Below, piece after piece: positions 25,663 through 33,800 of a stretch of DNA of 64,000 nt (within the stretch, counting starts at the first letter, position 1; every line of letters begins with the position of its first letter). The position numbers and the translations under genes are program-made. Under the pieces are notes generated by a model, which saw only the letters and a program-made list of their open reading frames with translations, made no database searches and was not told the DNA's origin. Origin of the DNA: Actinomycetes bacterium (GTDB taxonomy: Bacteria > Actinomycetota > Acidimicrobiia > Acidimicrobiales > Palsa-688); contig JAJZAM010000003.1 of assembly GCA_021799445.1 (NCBI GenBank), positions 596 to 64,595 of the forward strand. Direction: 5' to 3'.

Positions 25663-26883
25663 CTAGCGTTGGGGTTCTTTGGGGAGACCGAGGGCGCGTT
25701 CGCCTACGATGTTTTTTTGTATCTGGCTCGTGCCGGAATAGATGGTGCCAGCCCGGCTGGAGAGGAACACGTCCTGCCACTCGTCGGTGGCGTAGCCGTC
25801 CCCGTCCGGCCGGACCATAGCCCGCGGACCGATGACGTCGAGTGCTATCTCGCCGAAGCTCTTGTGGTACTCGCTCCAAAACAGCTTCGAGATGGACGCC
25901 TCCGGTCCGGGTTCTTTCCCCCCGGCTAGCGAAGCGAGCAGGCGCAGACCGGCGAAGCGCATGAGCTGCACGTGGGTGTAAGCCCACGCCAGGCGCTGAC
26001 GGGTCAGGGGATCGCGGCTTTTGCCGTTCTTCTGGGCTACGCGGATCAGGTCCCAAAGCTCCTGCTCGAAGCCGAGATGGGCGGTGGTGGCGTTACCGCC
26101 GCGCTCGAAGCCTAAAGTGGTCATCGCGGGTGCCCAGCCGTTGTTGAGCCCGCCTATGACGTTGAACAGCGGGGCTCGTGAGCCCTCGAAGAAGTCCTCG
26201 CAGAACTCCGCAGCACCCGTGATCTGGCGGAGCGGCCGGACGGTGACACCGTTGTCGGGGCTGAAAGGGACCAGCACGTACGACAGCCCCCTGTGCTTGG
26301 GGGCGTCAGGGTCGGTCCTGCACAACACGAAGATCATGTTCGCCCGCTGGGCGCCTGACGTCCACACCTTCTGGCCGTGGATGACCAGTTCGTCGCCGTC
26401 GACCACGCCTCGCGTCTCTACAGCTCCCAGGTCCGAACCGTGGTCAGGTTCGGAGTAACCCTGGCAGTAGACGTCCACGCCGGCGACGATGCGCGGCAGG
26501 AAGTACGCTTTTTGCTCGGGGGTGCCGTGGACGATGATCGCCGGGCCGACGAGAGTCTCTCCCATGCCACGCCGAACGATTGGCACGCCGTGGCGGCGGA
26601 GCTCCTCGCTGAACACGGCGAAGCGCACGGCGTCCCAACCTCGCCCCCCGTACTGCTCGGGCCACGTCGCGCAGATCAAGCGGGCGTCGCTCAGCCGGGC
26701 CTCCCACTCCTGGTAGATCGGATCCTCCATGGCCTTGAGACGTTGCGCCCCTTGGCGGCCGCCCGCTACCGGCTGCCACCCCCAGTTAGCGAGCCCCTCC
26801 AGGCCCGCCGGGGCGTTGGCGGAGATCCACGATCGCATCTCCGCCCGAAACTCGCTGTACTGGGGACCTAGGTCCAGTTCCAT
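25663..26883 (-). CDS. acyl-CoA dehydrogenase family protein
   Basis: 406 aa with ..YCQGYSEPDHGSDLGAVETRG...GQKVWTSGAQRANMIFVLCRTD.. and the C-terminal ..YSGTSQIQKNIVGERALGLPKE. Confidence 0.85.
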   Translation of the reverse strand: MELDLGPQYSEFRAEMRSWISANAPAGLEGLANWGWQPVAGGRQGAQRLKAMEDPIYQEWEARLSDARLICATWPEQYGGRGWDAVRFAVFSEELRRHGVPIVRRGMGETLVGPAIIVHGTPEQKAYFLPRIVAGVDVYCQGYSEPDHGSDLGAVETRGVVDGDELVIHGQKVWTSGAQRANMIFVLCRTDPDAPKHRGLSYVLVPFSPDNGVTVRPLRQITGAAEFCEDFFEGSRAPLFNVIGGLNNGWAPAMTTLGFERGGNATTAHLGFEQELWDLIRVAQKNGKSRDPLTRQRLAWAYTHVQLMRFAGLRLLASLAGGKEPGPEASISKLFWSEYHKSFGEIALDVIGPRAMVRPDGDGYATDEWQDVFLSSRAGTIYSGTSQIQKNIVGERALGLPKEPQR

Positions 26884-26989
26884 CGTGTCCTCCTCGTCTA
26901 GTCAAGTGCCATTTGTTTACCGACGTTCTCCGCCCAGCGCCTCGAAGGTGGCGCGGCGGGGTAGGAAATGTTCGAGATGACGGCTGTGG

Positions 26990-28150
26990 TCATGCGCCGG
27001 CGACAGCCTCTGTGCCGAGCACCAGCGTCCCGGCGGACATGAACATCCCCCCAACCCCCTGAGCGACGCTCGTTTGCACCCCGGGCACCTGCGCTGACGC
27101 CTCGCCGCGTAACTGTCGCACGGATTCTTGAACCAAGAACATGCCGTACATGCCGGTGTGGGTGTAGGAAAGGCCACCGCCGTTCGTGTTCATCGGCAGT
27201 CGCCCGCCGGGGGATGTGTTGCCTTCCTCGATGAAAGCCCCCGCCTCGCCGCGCCCGACGAAACCGAGGTCTTCGAGCCCGTAGATCGGCAGGTGAGCGA
27301 ACGCGTCGTAGACCATCAGATGGTCAACGTCGGACGGTGTGATGCCCGCCTCGGCGAACGCCCGCGTCGCGGACACCGTGAAAGCTTTCGACGTGGTGAA
27401 GTCCTCCATCATCGACACGAGCGGCGTTTCCGCGGCCTCGCCGGTGCCGAGCACGTAGACCGCTGGTTTGGGCCCCGGAACGGCTTTCGCCCTGGCAGCG
27501 GACGTGACGACCAGGGCGCCTCCACCGTCGGTGACCAAGCAGCACTCCAAAAGGTGCATCGGGTACGACACCATCCTTGACGCCATCACATCCTCGACGG
27601 TTATCAGGTCACGGAACATCGCTCTGGGAACCCTGGAGGACCAGCGGCGCTGAGCGACCGCCACCGACGCCAACTGCTCGTGGGTCAGCCCATAGCGCTT
27701 CATGTACCTAAGCACCCCCATCGGGAACAGCGTCGGAGGTCCGAGAGTCCCGTACGGCGCCTCGAACTGTCCTTGGGGGGAGGCGGGGTCGGCTGCGCGC
27801 GGAGGGGCTCCTGTCCGGGACCGACCGGACTCGCCGTGGGTTATCAAGATCACGTCGGCGAGGCCGGCGCTGATCGCCGCCGCCGCGTGGCGGACGTGCA
27901 CGAGGAATGAGCATCCCCCGATAGACGTGGCGTCCACGTAGTTAGGTGTTATCCCCAGGTAGTGAGCCACCGAAATAGGCGATATACCGGCTGCTGCCAC
28001 CCCGTCGACGTCGCCGAGGGTCATCCCAGCGTCAGCGACCGCCCGGCGGGCGGACTCGGCGTGCATCTCAAGCGCCGACACGTCGGGCACCACTCCGATA
28101 CGCTCCGTCTCCGCCGCCCCGACGATAGCTACTTTGGCTTTGGCGGTCAT
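26990..28150 (-). CDS. thiolase-like protein (SCP-x / lipid-transfer-protein type)
   Basis: 386 aa with KVAIVGAAETE..., ..IGGCSFLVHVRHAAAAI.. and the C-terminal ..NGGGLSYTHTGMYGM..; paired with a DUF35 gene. Confidence 0.8.
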   Translation of the reverse strand: MTAKAKVAIVGAAETERIGVVPDVSALEMHAESARRAVADAGMTLGDVDGVAAAGISPISVAHYLGITPNYVDATSIGGCSFLVHVRHAAAAISAGLADVILITHGESGRSRTGAPPRAADPASPQGQFEAPYGTLGPPTLFPMGVLRYMKRYGLTHEQLASVAVAQRRWSSRVPRAMFRDLITVEDVMASRMVSYPMHLLECCLVTDGGGALVVTSAARAKAVPGPKPAVYVLGTGEAAETPLVSMMEDFTTSKAFTVSATRAFAEAGITPSDVDHLMVYDAFAHLPIYGLEDLGFVGRGEAGAFIEEGNTSPGGRLPMNTNGGGLSYTHTGMYGMFLVQESVRQLRGEASAQVPGVQTSVAQGVGGMFMSAGTLVLGTEAVAGA

Positions 28151-28166
28151 GGTCTGCCTTTCGGGT

Positions 28167-28667
28167 TCATGCCGGGCTCTCCGCTGGCGTGCCCGCTGGG
28201 CGCCCCGCCGCGCTCTGCGCTGGGCGACCCGCCGGCTTGGCCGCCGGACGGAACACGGGCACCAGTTGGGCTCCCCGAGGCTCGAAGTCCACTTCGAGGT
28301 CCATGTCCAACACCAGGTTCTCGGGAGTGTTGTCCACCCCGACGATGTTGGTCATCATCCGGGGGCCTTCCTCCAGCTCCACGACGGCGATCGCGTACGG
28401 CACCTGCTCGGCGAAACCGGGGGCCGGGCGGTGGCTTATCAGGTACGTGTGAAGCCGGGCGCGCCCCGAAGCGACGAACCACTCGACTTGCTGCGAGTAG
28501 CAGGCGGGGCAAGCCGAGCGCGGGTAGAAGAACGCCTTCCCGCATGATGTGCACCGTTGGATCGCCAGCTCCCGGCGGTTCGCTGCGTCCCAATAGGGTT
28601 GGGTTTCGGGGGTCGGCTTCGGAGCGGCCTTCGGCCGATCCGCCGGCGGTGACTGCTGCGGGCTCAC
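28167..28667 (-). CDS. DUF35 OB-fold / zinc-ribbon protein (thiolase partner)
   Basis: ..PYWDAANRRELAIQRCTSCGKAFFYPRSACPACYSQQVEWFVASGRARLHTY... I placed the start at the GTG at 28667, which overlaps the upstream SDR stop (GTGA). The track ORF (to 28952) runs into that SDR gene. Confidence 0.75.
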   Translation of the reverse strand: MSPQQSPPADRPKAAPKPTPETQPYWDAANRRELAIQRCTSCGKAFFYPRSACPACYSQQVEWFVASGRARLHTYLISHRPAPGFAEQVPYAIAVVELEEGPRMMTNIVGVDNTPENLVLDMDLEVDFEPRGAQLVPVFRPAAKPAGRPAQSAAGRPAGTPAESPA

Positions 28668-29476
28668 CTGGGCGCCCCGAGGGTGATCCCCAGCTCGTCT
28701 AGGAGGTCCTGGCTGTAGGCGATCCTGCCTGTGCGCTCCCTTGGAGGTCGCGAGCACAGGGCCAGCGCCGCTTCGGCCATGACATCGGGGGCTTCGACTT
28801 GCTGGCCGGGGTCGTCCGGGCGTACCAGGTGGTGGTACAAGGTGCCGGGGGTGGGCACGACACGGTTCGGCGACAGAGCGTTGACAGCCACGTTGTCGAA
28901 GTACGCTTCTGCTGCAAGGCCGGTGGTGAAACGCTCCAGGGCGGCTTTGCACATCCCGTACACCGTGCCCCCAACTGGCCGTTTTTGGTCCGGTGGGATC
29001 TGAGGGTGACGCGCCGCGCCGGAAGATACGTTGAGGATCCAGCCCTCGCCTTTGGAGATCATCGCTGGTAGGACGAGCTGCGCGAGGTGCATGGGCGCTG
29101 CCACTTGCACCTCGAACATGAGCTGGCGACGTTTGGCGCTGAACTCTGCGATAGGAGCGAAGAACGTCACCGCCGCGTTGGACACGAGGACGTCGGGCTT
29201 GCCGAGACGGGCTTCGACCTCGGCGATGAGCCTCTCGCGCTCGTCGGGGCGTGACATGTCAGCCGCCACGGCTTCGGCCGTCCCCCCTTCGGAGCGGATC
29301 CTCTCGACCGTCTCGGTTATCGTCCCGGGCAGGGGGGAGTCGCCAGGGGTGACCGTCCTAGCGCTGACCGCCACAGCGGCTCCCGCTCGGGCGAAACGCT
29401 CGGCGATGGCCGCACCTATCCCCCGGCTAGCTCCGGTCACCACCGCGACCCGGCCCGACAGAGCTCCGTCAGGCAT
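28664..29476 (-). CDS. SDR-family oxidoreductase
   Basis: VAVVTGASRGIGAAIAERFARAGAAVAV; YGMCKAA (YxxxK). Confidence 0.8.
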   Translation of the reverse strand: MPDGALSGRVAVVTGASRGIGAAIAERFARAGAAVAVSARTVTPGDSPLPGTITETVERIRSEGGTAEAVAADMSRPDERERLIAEVEARLGKPDVLVSNAAVTFFAPIAEFSAKRRQLMFEVQVAAPMHLAQLVLPAMISKGEGWILNVSSGAARHPQIPPDQKRPVGGTVYGMCKAALERFTTGLAAEAYFDNVAVNALSPNRVVPTPGTLYHHLVRPDDPGQQVEAPDVMAEAALALCSRPPRERTGRIAYSQDLLDELGITLGAPR

Positions 29477-29535
29477 ACGCCCTCAACTTTCGCCCGCTGG
29501 AGTGACGTTTGTCTGGTGTCATGCGTGTGCTCCTC

Positions 29536-31632
29536 TCATCGGCTGGGTTCCGCCGGCTCGTGGGCGGCGCAAGCGCCGGGCGTCGAGCGTCCCGACGGGT
29601 GTTGCGCCCAGATAGCCAAGGCGTCCAGGACCTCTACCGTGCCTTCGCATACCCAAAGCGGATTGACCTCCAAAGTGTCCAAAGCGTCACCCAAACCTTC
29701 GCCGAGCCGTCCGATGGCCGCTACCACCTCGGCCAGACGCCCGACGTCCACGCTGCGGGTGCCGCGAGCTCCTCGCAGGACAGCGGCACCGCGAAGGGAT
29801 GCGAGCATCTCCTCAACGTCCGCTTCGCTTGCGGGAAGAAGCCTGAGCGCAGCGTCGCCGAGCAGTTCGACCCAGACGCCGCCCAGAGCGATCGACAGGA
29901 CTTTCCCCCACGTGGCGTCGGTGCTGACCCCCACGAGAAGCTCGACGCCGTCCGGGCGCATCGGCGAGACGAGAACCCCGTCCAAGGTGACGTCGGGCCT
30001 CGCCTGCCCAACCCGTGCGACAAGCTCGCAGTAGGCAACCCCGGCTTGCTCGGGGGTGACGCCCAGGCTTACCCCTCCGACGTCGGACTTGTGCGCTATC
30101 GAAGCGGACGCGACTTTGAGCGCCACGGGAACGGCGAAGGCTTGCGCTGCTGCGAGGGCTTCGTCGCTGGAGGTGACCAGCCTGGCCGGCACAACCGGGA
30201 TCCCAGCGTCCTCAAGTAGCCTCCGAGTGAGGTGCTCAGGCCACACCCCGTGCGCCCCGGCGGGAACCTCCAGAGGTTCCGAAGGTGCCGGGGGGGCAAC
30301 GCTGAGACAGCGAGCGCGCTGCTCGTGGTATCGGGCTCCATGTCCTATGGCGCGGGTGCCCAGCTCGATGCCGTCAAGGATGTACAGGCCGCGTTCGGAC
30401 AGCAGCCGCCTGCCGTAAGGCGTGAGGTCGGAGCTAACCGAGCTTTGCAGCAACACCGGCACGGCCGACGAGTCCCTGGCTTTGGCGACGGCGTCCATTC
30501 GAGCCTCGGCCAGCGCAGGGTCAGCCGGAGCTTGCCGGGGTACGGCCGTCGAGTAGACGATCATGTCGTAGCGGCCTTGCGCTTCGCGTCCCACGATCTC
30601 CAGAGCCGACAGGGCCAGCCGTGGGTCTACCACCACGTAGCCGGTCACGTCGAGAGGGTTGTGAGGGTTGGAGAAAGCCGGGAGGATACCTCGGAGGGCT
30701 TCAAGCGTGGCGGGCGGGAACTCGGGAAGTTCGAGGCCTTCGTCGGACGCGCAGTCGGCCAGCAGGTCGCAAGCCCCTCCCGACGCGGTCACCGCGGCGA
30801 TACGCCGGCCGGTCAGACCGGGATGGTAGCCGAGGTAGCCGGCGGTGGCCAGCATCTCCTCCAGCGAGGCGACCCGGATGACGCCGAGCTGGCGGAACGC
30901 CGCGTCGACGACACGGTCGTCTCCGGCGAGCGCCCCGGTGTGCGCCAAGGCCGCTCGCGCCCCTGCAGCGGTCCGTCCCGTCTTCAACGCGACGATCGGC
31001 TTGCCGGCGGCGAGCGCCATCTCGGCGACCCGCCGGAACTCGGCGGGGTTCCTGACCGACTCCAAGAACGCGGCGATCACCCGGGTGCGCTCGTCGGCGA
31101 CAAGGTAGGAGATGATGTCGGTAGCGGAGGTGACAGCCTCGTTGCCCGTCGAGCACAGCAAGCTGACACCGATACCCCTCGACTGGGCCGCTGAGAGCAC
31201 AGCGCTCGCGAGTCCACCCGACTGCAGGACGATCCCGACCGGACCCGGTTCGAGCGGCGGGGTTATAGGCAGCCCGTAGGGGGTCACCCCGCCGGCGACG
31301 TTGATGAACCCGTTCCCGTTCGGACCGAGGACCGTCAAACCCCGCCGCCTGGCCAGCGAAGCGAGCTGGGCTTCCAACGCCGCCCCGTCGCCGCCCGCCT
31401 CGGCGAAGCCGGCGGTGAGCACCACCAGGTTGGTCACGCCAGCATCCGCGGCTTCCTCGACGACGTCGAGGACAGCAGAGGTGGGAACCATGATGTAGGC
31501 GAGGTCCACTTTTGCGTCGAGGCTGCTAAGCGACGCTGCGGCGGTCCTGCCGTGCACCTCGCTGTGGCGGGGATGCACCACGTGGACTTCGACGTCGGGA
31601 GAGAACCGGGTCAGGTTCTCGTATGTGTACAC
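29536..31632 (-). CDS. ADP-forming acyl-CoA synthetase family (CoA-binding, ligase-CoA and ATP-grasp domains); true start probably further upstream
   Basis: 698 aa from the track's GTG. The in-frame upstream codons read ..DLRSLFNANSVALVGATERSQWS, a typical CoA-binding N-terminus, but contain no ATG/GTG/TTG. CTG codons lie at 31698, 31689 and 31665. Confidence 0.75.
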   Translation of the reverse strand: MYTYENLTRFSPDVEVHVVHPRHSEVHGRTAAASLSSLDAKVDLAYIMVPTSAVLDVVEEAADAGVTNLVVLTAGFAEAGGDGAALEAQLASLARRRGLTVLGPNGNGFINVAGGVTPYGLPITPPLEPGPVGIVLQSGGLASAVLSAAQSRGIGVSLLCSTGNEAVTSATDIISYLVADERTRVIAAFLESVRNPAEFRRVAEMALAAGKPIVALKTGRTAAGARAALAHTGALAGDDRVVDAAFRQLGVIRVASLEEMLATAGYLGYHPGLTGRRIAAVTASGGACDLLADCASDEGLELPEFPPATLEALRGILPAFSNPHNPLDVTGYVVVDPRLALSALEIVGREAQGRYDMIVYSTAVPRQAPADPALAEARMDAVAKARDSSAVPVLLQSSVSSDLTPYGRRLLSERGLYILDGIELGTRAIGHGARYHEQRARCLSVAPPAPSEPLEVPAGAHGVWPEHLTRRLLEDAGIPVVPARLVTSSDEALAAAQAFAVPVALKVASASIAHKSDVGGVSLGVTPEQAGVAYCELVARVGQARPDVTLDGVLVSPMRPDGVELLVGVSTDATWGKVLSIALGGVWVELLGDAALRLLPASEADVEEMLASLRGAAVLRGARGTRSVDVGRLAEVVAAIGRLGEGLGDALDTLEVNPLWVCEGTVEVLDALAIWAQHPSGRSTPGACAAHEPAEPSR

Positions 31633-31925
31633 CGACCACTGCGAGCGTTCGGTCGCCCCGACCAGAGCGACCGAGTTGGCGTTGAACAGCGAGCGCAGGT
31701 CCGCCCGGTAATGCGTGGCTGCCTGCGACGGTCCTCCTGGCGGGTCCGAGTTCGTGTGGCACCTCCCCCTTGTGGCTTGCGTTGGTGGGTCGCGTCCGCG
31801 ATGCGGGCGACCGGCCTCCTTTATAGGCCCCTAGGCAGAGTCGACACAAGAGCGCCCGAAGCTAGGCCGAGCGCCGCGGCCGGCTGGGGTTTGAATGCCG
31901 CTGGCCTGAACAGCCCATTGCGCAC

Positions 31926-32333
31926 TTACTGGAGATCACCTGGCATCGTGCGGCGGCCGTGGCCTGCGCTGCGGCCAGCGGGAAAGTCCACGGTCTCGAC
32001 CGTCATCAGACCATCCCCGATCATGTCCGCTGCGATCGGAATGAAACGCTCGATGTTTGGTTGTTCGTCGATGAAGACGACCACCACTGGAAGCCTGTCC
32101 GAAGCCGACAGTATGCGGGCGGTTCCAAGACGGCGGCTCGCTCCGAAGCCTTCGATACCACGCAGAGCGGTTGCGCCGGCGATCCCCTCCCGGCGGGCTG
32201 CGTCAATCAGGGCGTCTGCGAGCGGCTGGTGATGGAAGCGGTCTGACTCCGAGATGTACACGCAAAGACGTTGCCCTTTCGATGGTCGTCCCATGATGCT
32301 CCTGAGTCGTTCGAGTTCGAATCGGGGTGACAA
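31926..32333 (-). CDS. DUF190-domain (PII-like) protein
   Basis: ..RLCVYISESDRFHHQPLADALIDAARREGIAGATALRGIEGFGASRRL... Confidence 0.65.
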   Translation of the reverse strand: MSPRFELERLRSIMGRPSKGQRLCVYISESDRFHHQPLADALIDAARREGIAGATALRGIEGFGASRRLGTARILSASDRLPVVVVFIDEQPNIERFIPIAADMIGDGLMTVETVDFPAGRSAGHGRRTMPGDLQ

Positions 32334-32429
32334 GCCAAGTCAGCGGCTCGTACGGGGTTGATACAGCTTCGCAGATCCAGCGGCCGGGCTCTCCTCCGGC
32401 GGGGGTTGCAAACTACGGAGCAGGGAACC

Positions 32430-32633
32430 TCAGCGGGGCACTGTGTAGCGGGAGAAGAAATGCCATCCCACGAACGCCCATACGGCCACGAGAAGGACAC
32501 GGCCGGATCGGCGCTGCCACAGCCAAGAGCTGACCGTCGCGAGGCTCGCCCAGCGGCCCGGGTGCAGGCGGCAGTAGCATTCCCAGGCGAAACCCGCCGT
32601 CAGCAAGACGAGCCAGGCGACGGTGACGATCAC
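32430..32633 (-). CDS. hypothetical small membrane protein
   Basis: 67 aa with two hydrophobic helices. A 4-nt overlap with the upstream ORF suggests coupling. Confidence 0.4.
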   Translation of the reverse strand: MIVTVAWLVLLTAGFAWECYCRLHPGRWASLATVSSWLWQRRSGRVLLVAVWAFVGWHFFSRYTVPR

Positions 32634-33112
32634 AGCGGCGGTCCCGTCTGCGGCGCTCCAGGGCTAGACGTGCGCGGCGAAAGTCGCCTCCACGGCCCAT
32701 GGAGGGGTCTCGTTCCGACCTCCAACCACCCGAAGAACAACACGAAGCGCGTTGCGTGCCACCCGAGCGCGTGGTCTACGACGGTGCTCAGAGTGGGAAC
32801 CACCGGGGATCGCCCGCCCAGGGCCAGTCCGGTGGCCTCCAAGCAGCCGGCCACTAAGGCCAGGGCCAGCCACGGAGCTACAGCTCGCAACGTCAGGGGG
32901 TCACGTGGGGTGCGACGGCCAGCCGGGCTCGCCAGTCCGAACACCAGGAGGATCGCGGGGGCTGCGAAGACCGCCTCGTAGGCGGCGTTGGTGAAAGGTC
33001 TGAGGCCCGTCGCGTACCAGGCGTAAGCCGCCGAGATCACGGCGAAGGCTGCGAAGCGCCTCGGCGGGAGGCGCTCGCGAAGCCGGGTCGTCTTCGACGG
33101 CGTGGGTGTCAT
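32630..33112 (-). CDS. hypothetical membrane protein
   Basis: 160 aa with about 4 hydrophobic segments. No family recognised, and not CrcB-like by eye. Confidence 0.45.
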   Translation of the reverse strand: MTPTPSKTTRLRERLPPRRFAAFAVISAAYAWYATGLRPFTNAAYEAVFAAPAILLVFGLASPAGRRTPRDPLTLRAVAPWLALALVAGCLEATGLALGGRSPVVPTLSTVVDHALGWHATRFVLFFGWLEVGTRPLHGPWRRLSPRTSSPGAPQTGPPL

Positions 33113-33171
33113 GTCCCTTCAGTCATCGGACACTCCCGGTGCTCGAGCCTTAACAGACAGTACCCTTAGGT

Positions 33172-33669
33172 GTGATCCTCGTCGCAGCAGTGCTGGCTTT
33201 GGCGGTGGAGGTAGCCGCGTTCGTGGTGGTGGCTGACCGTGTCGGGGTGCTTGTCGCGTTGGTGATCCTCTTCGGGTTGAGCGCTCTAGGTCCGTTCATA
33301 GTCAAGCGGGTTGGTGTAGGAGTGCTGGCGCACACCCGGGAGCGCTTGGAGCGCGGCGAGCTGCCGACGAGAGAGCTCCTCGACGGTATCGTCGTGCTGG
33401 TCGGAGGTGTCCTTATCACAGTGCCGGGCTTCGTCGGTGACGCCTTGGGCTTGGCGTTGATGGTCGGGCCGGTGCGCCACGCCGTGATCCGCTTGGGCGG
33501 CCACCGCCTCGCCCACCATGTCCGGCGCTTTCCCGCCGGCGGGGGGTCGGTCATAGACGCGAGATCATGGAAACCCGACGGCGCCGCCGGCGAGCCCACA
33601 CCGCCGATGCTGCCCGGCGAGAGGACTGGCGACCCCCGCCGGTGGCCTGGCGGGAACCCGGGTTCTTAA
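33172..33669 (+). CDS. fxsA: FxsA-family membrane protein
   Basis: ..LALAVEVAAFVVVADRVGVL...LLDGIVVLVGGVLITVPGFVGDALGLALMVGPVR..; GTG start. Confidence 0.65.
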   Translation: MILVAAVLALAVEVAAFVVVADRVGVLVALVILFGLSALGPFIVKRVGVGVLAHTRERLERGELPTRELLDGIVVLVGGVLITVPGFVGDALGLALMVGPVRHAVIRLGGHRLAHHVRRFPAGGGSVIDARSWKPDGAAGEPTPPMLPGERTGDPRRWPGGNPGS

Positions 33670-33707
33670 GGCCTGCCGGAGCTGGTCCCGCCGGGCGCGA
33701 CCGCCCA

Positions 33708-33800
33708 CCGGAGCTGGGTCTGTCACCGGAGTTGGGCCGGTCAGTCGAGCTGGGCCGGCCACTGGAGCCGGGCCGGTCACCGGAGTTGGGCCGGTCAGTC
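33708..33800. repeat. five tandem 16-20-nt units (CCGGAGYTGGGCCGGTCA-like)
   Basis: Units at 33708, 33726, 33746, 33764 and 33780. TCACCGGAGTTGGGCCGGTCAGTC occurs exactly twice (33723-33746, 33777-33800). Lies between the convergent fxsA and peptidase genes. Confidence 0.8.

Noticed and set aside
24582-25820. 412-aa plus-strand ORF
   Set aside because: It is antisense to a well-supported SDR gene (24723-25646) and to the start of the ACAD gene, with low-complexity Arg/Gly/Pro composition.
32334-32440. Fluoride (crcB-motif) riboswitch upstream of the DUF190 gene
   Set aside because: I read the minus-strand sequence and could not find the conserved GGCGATG...AACYGCC...GCTGATGA core.
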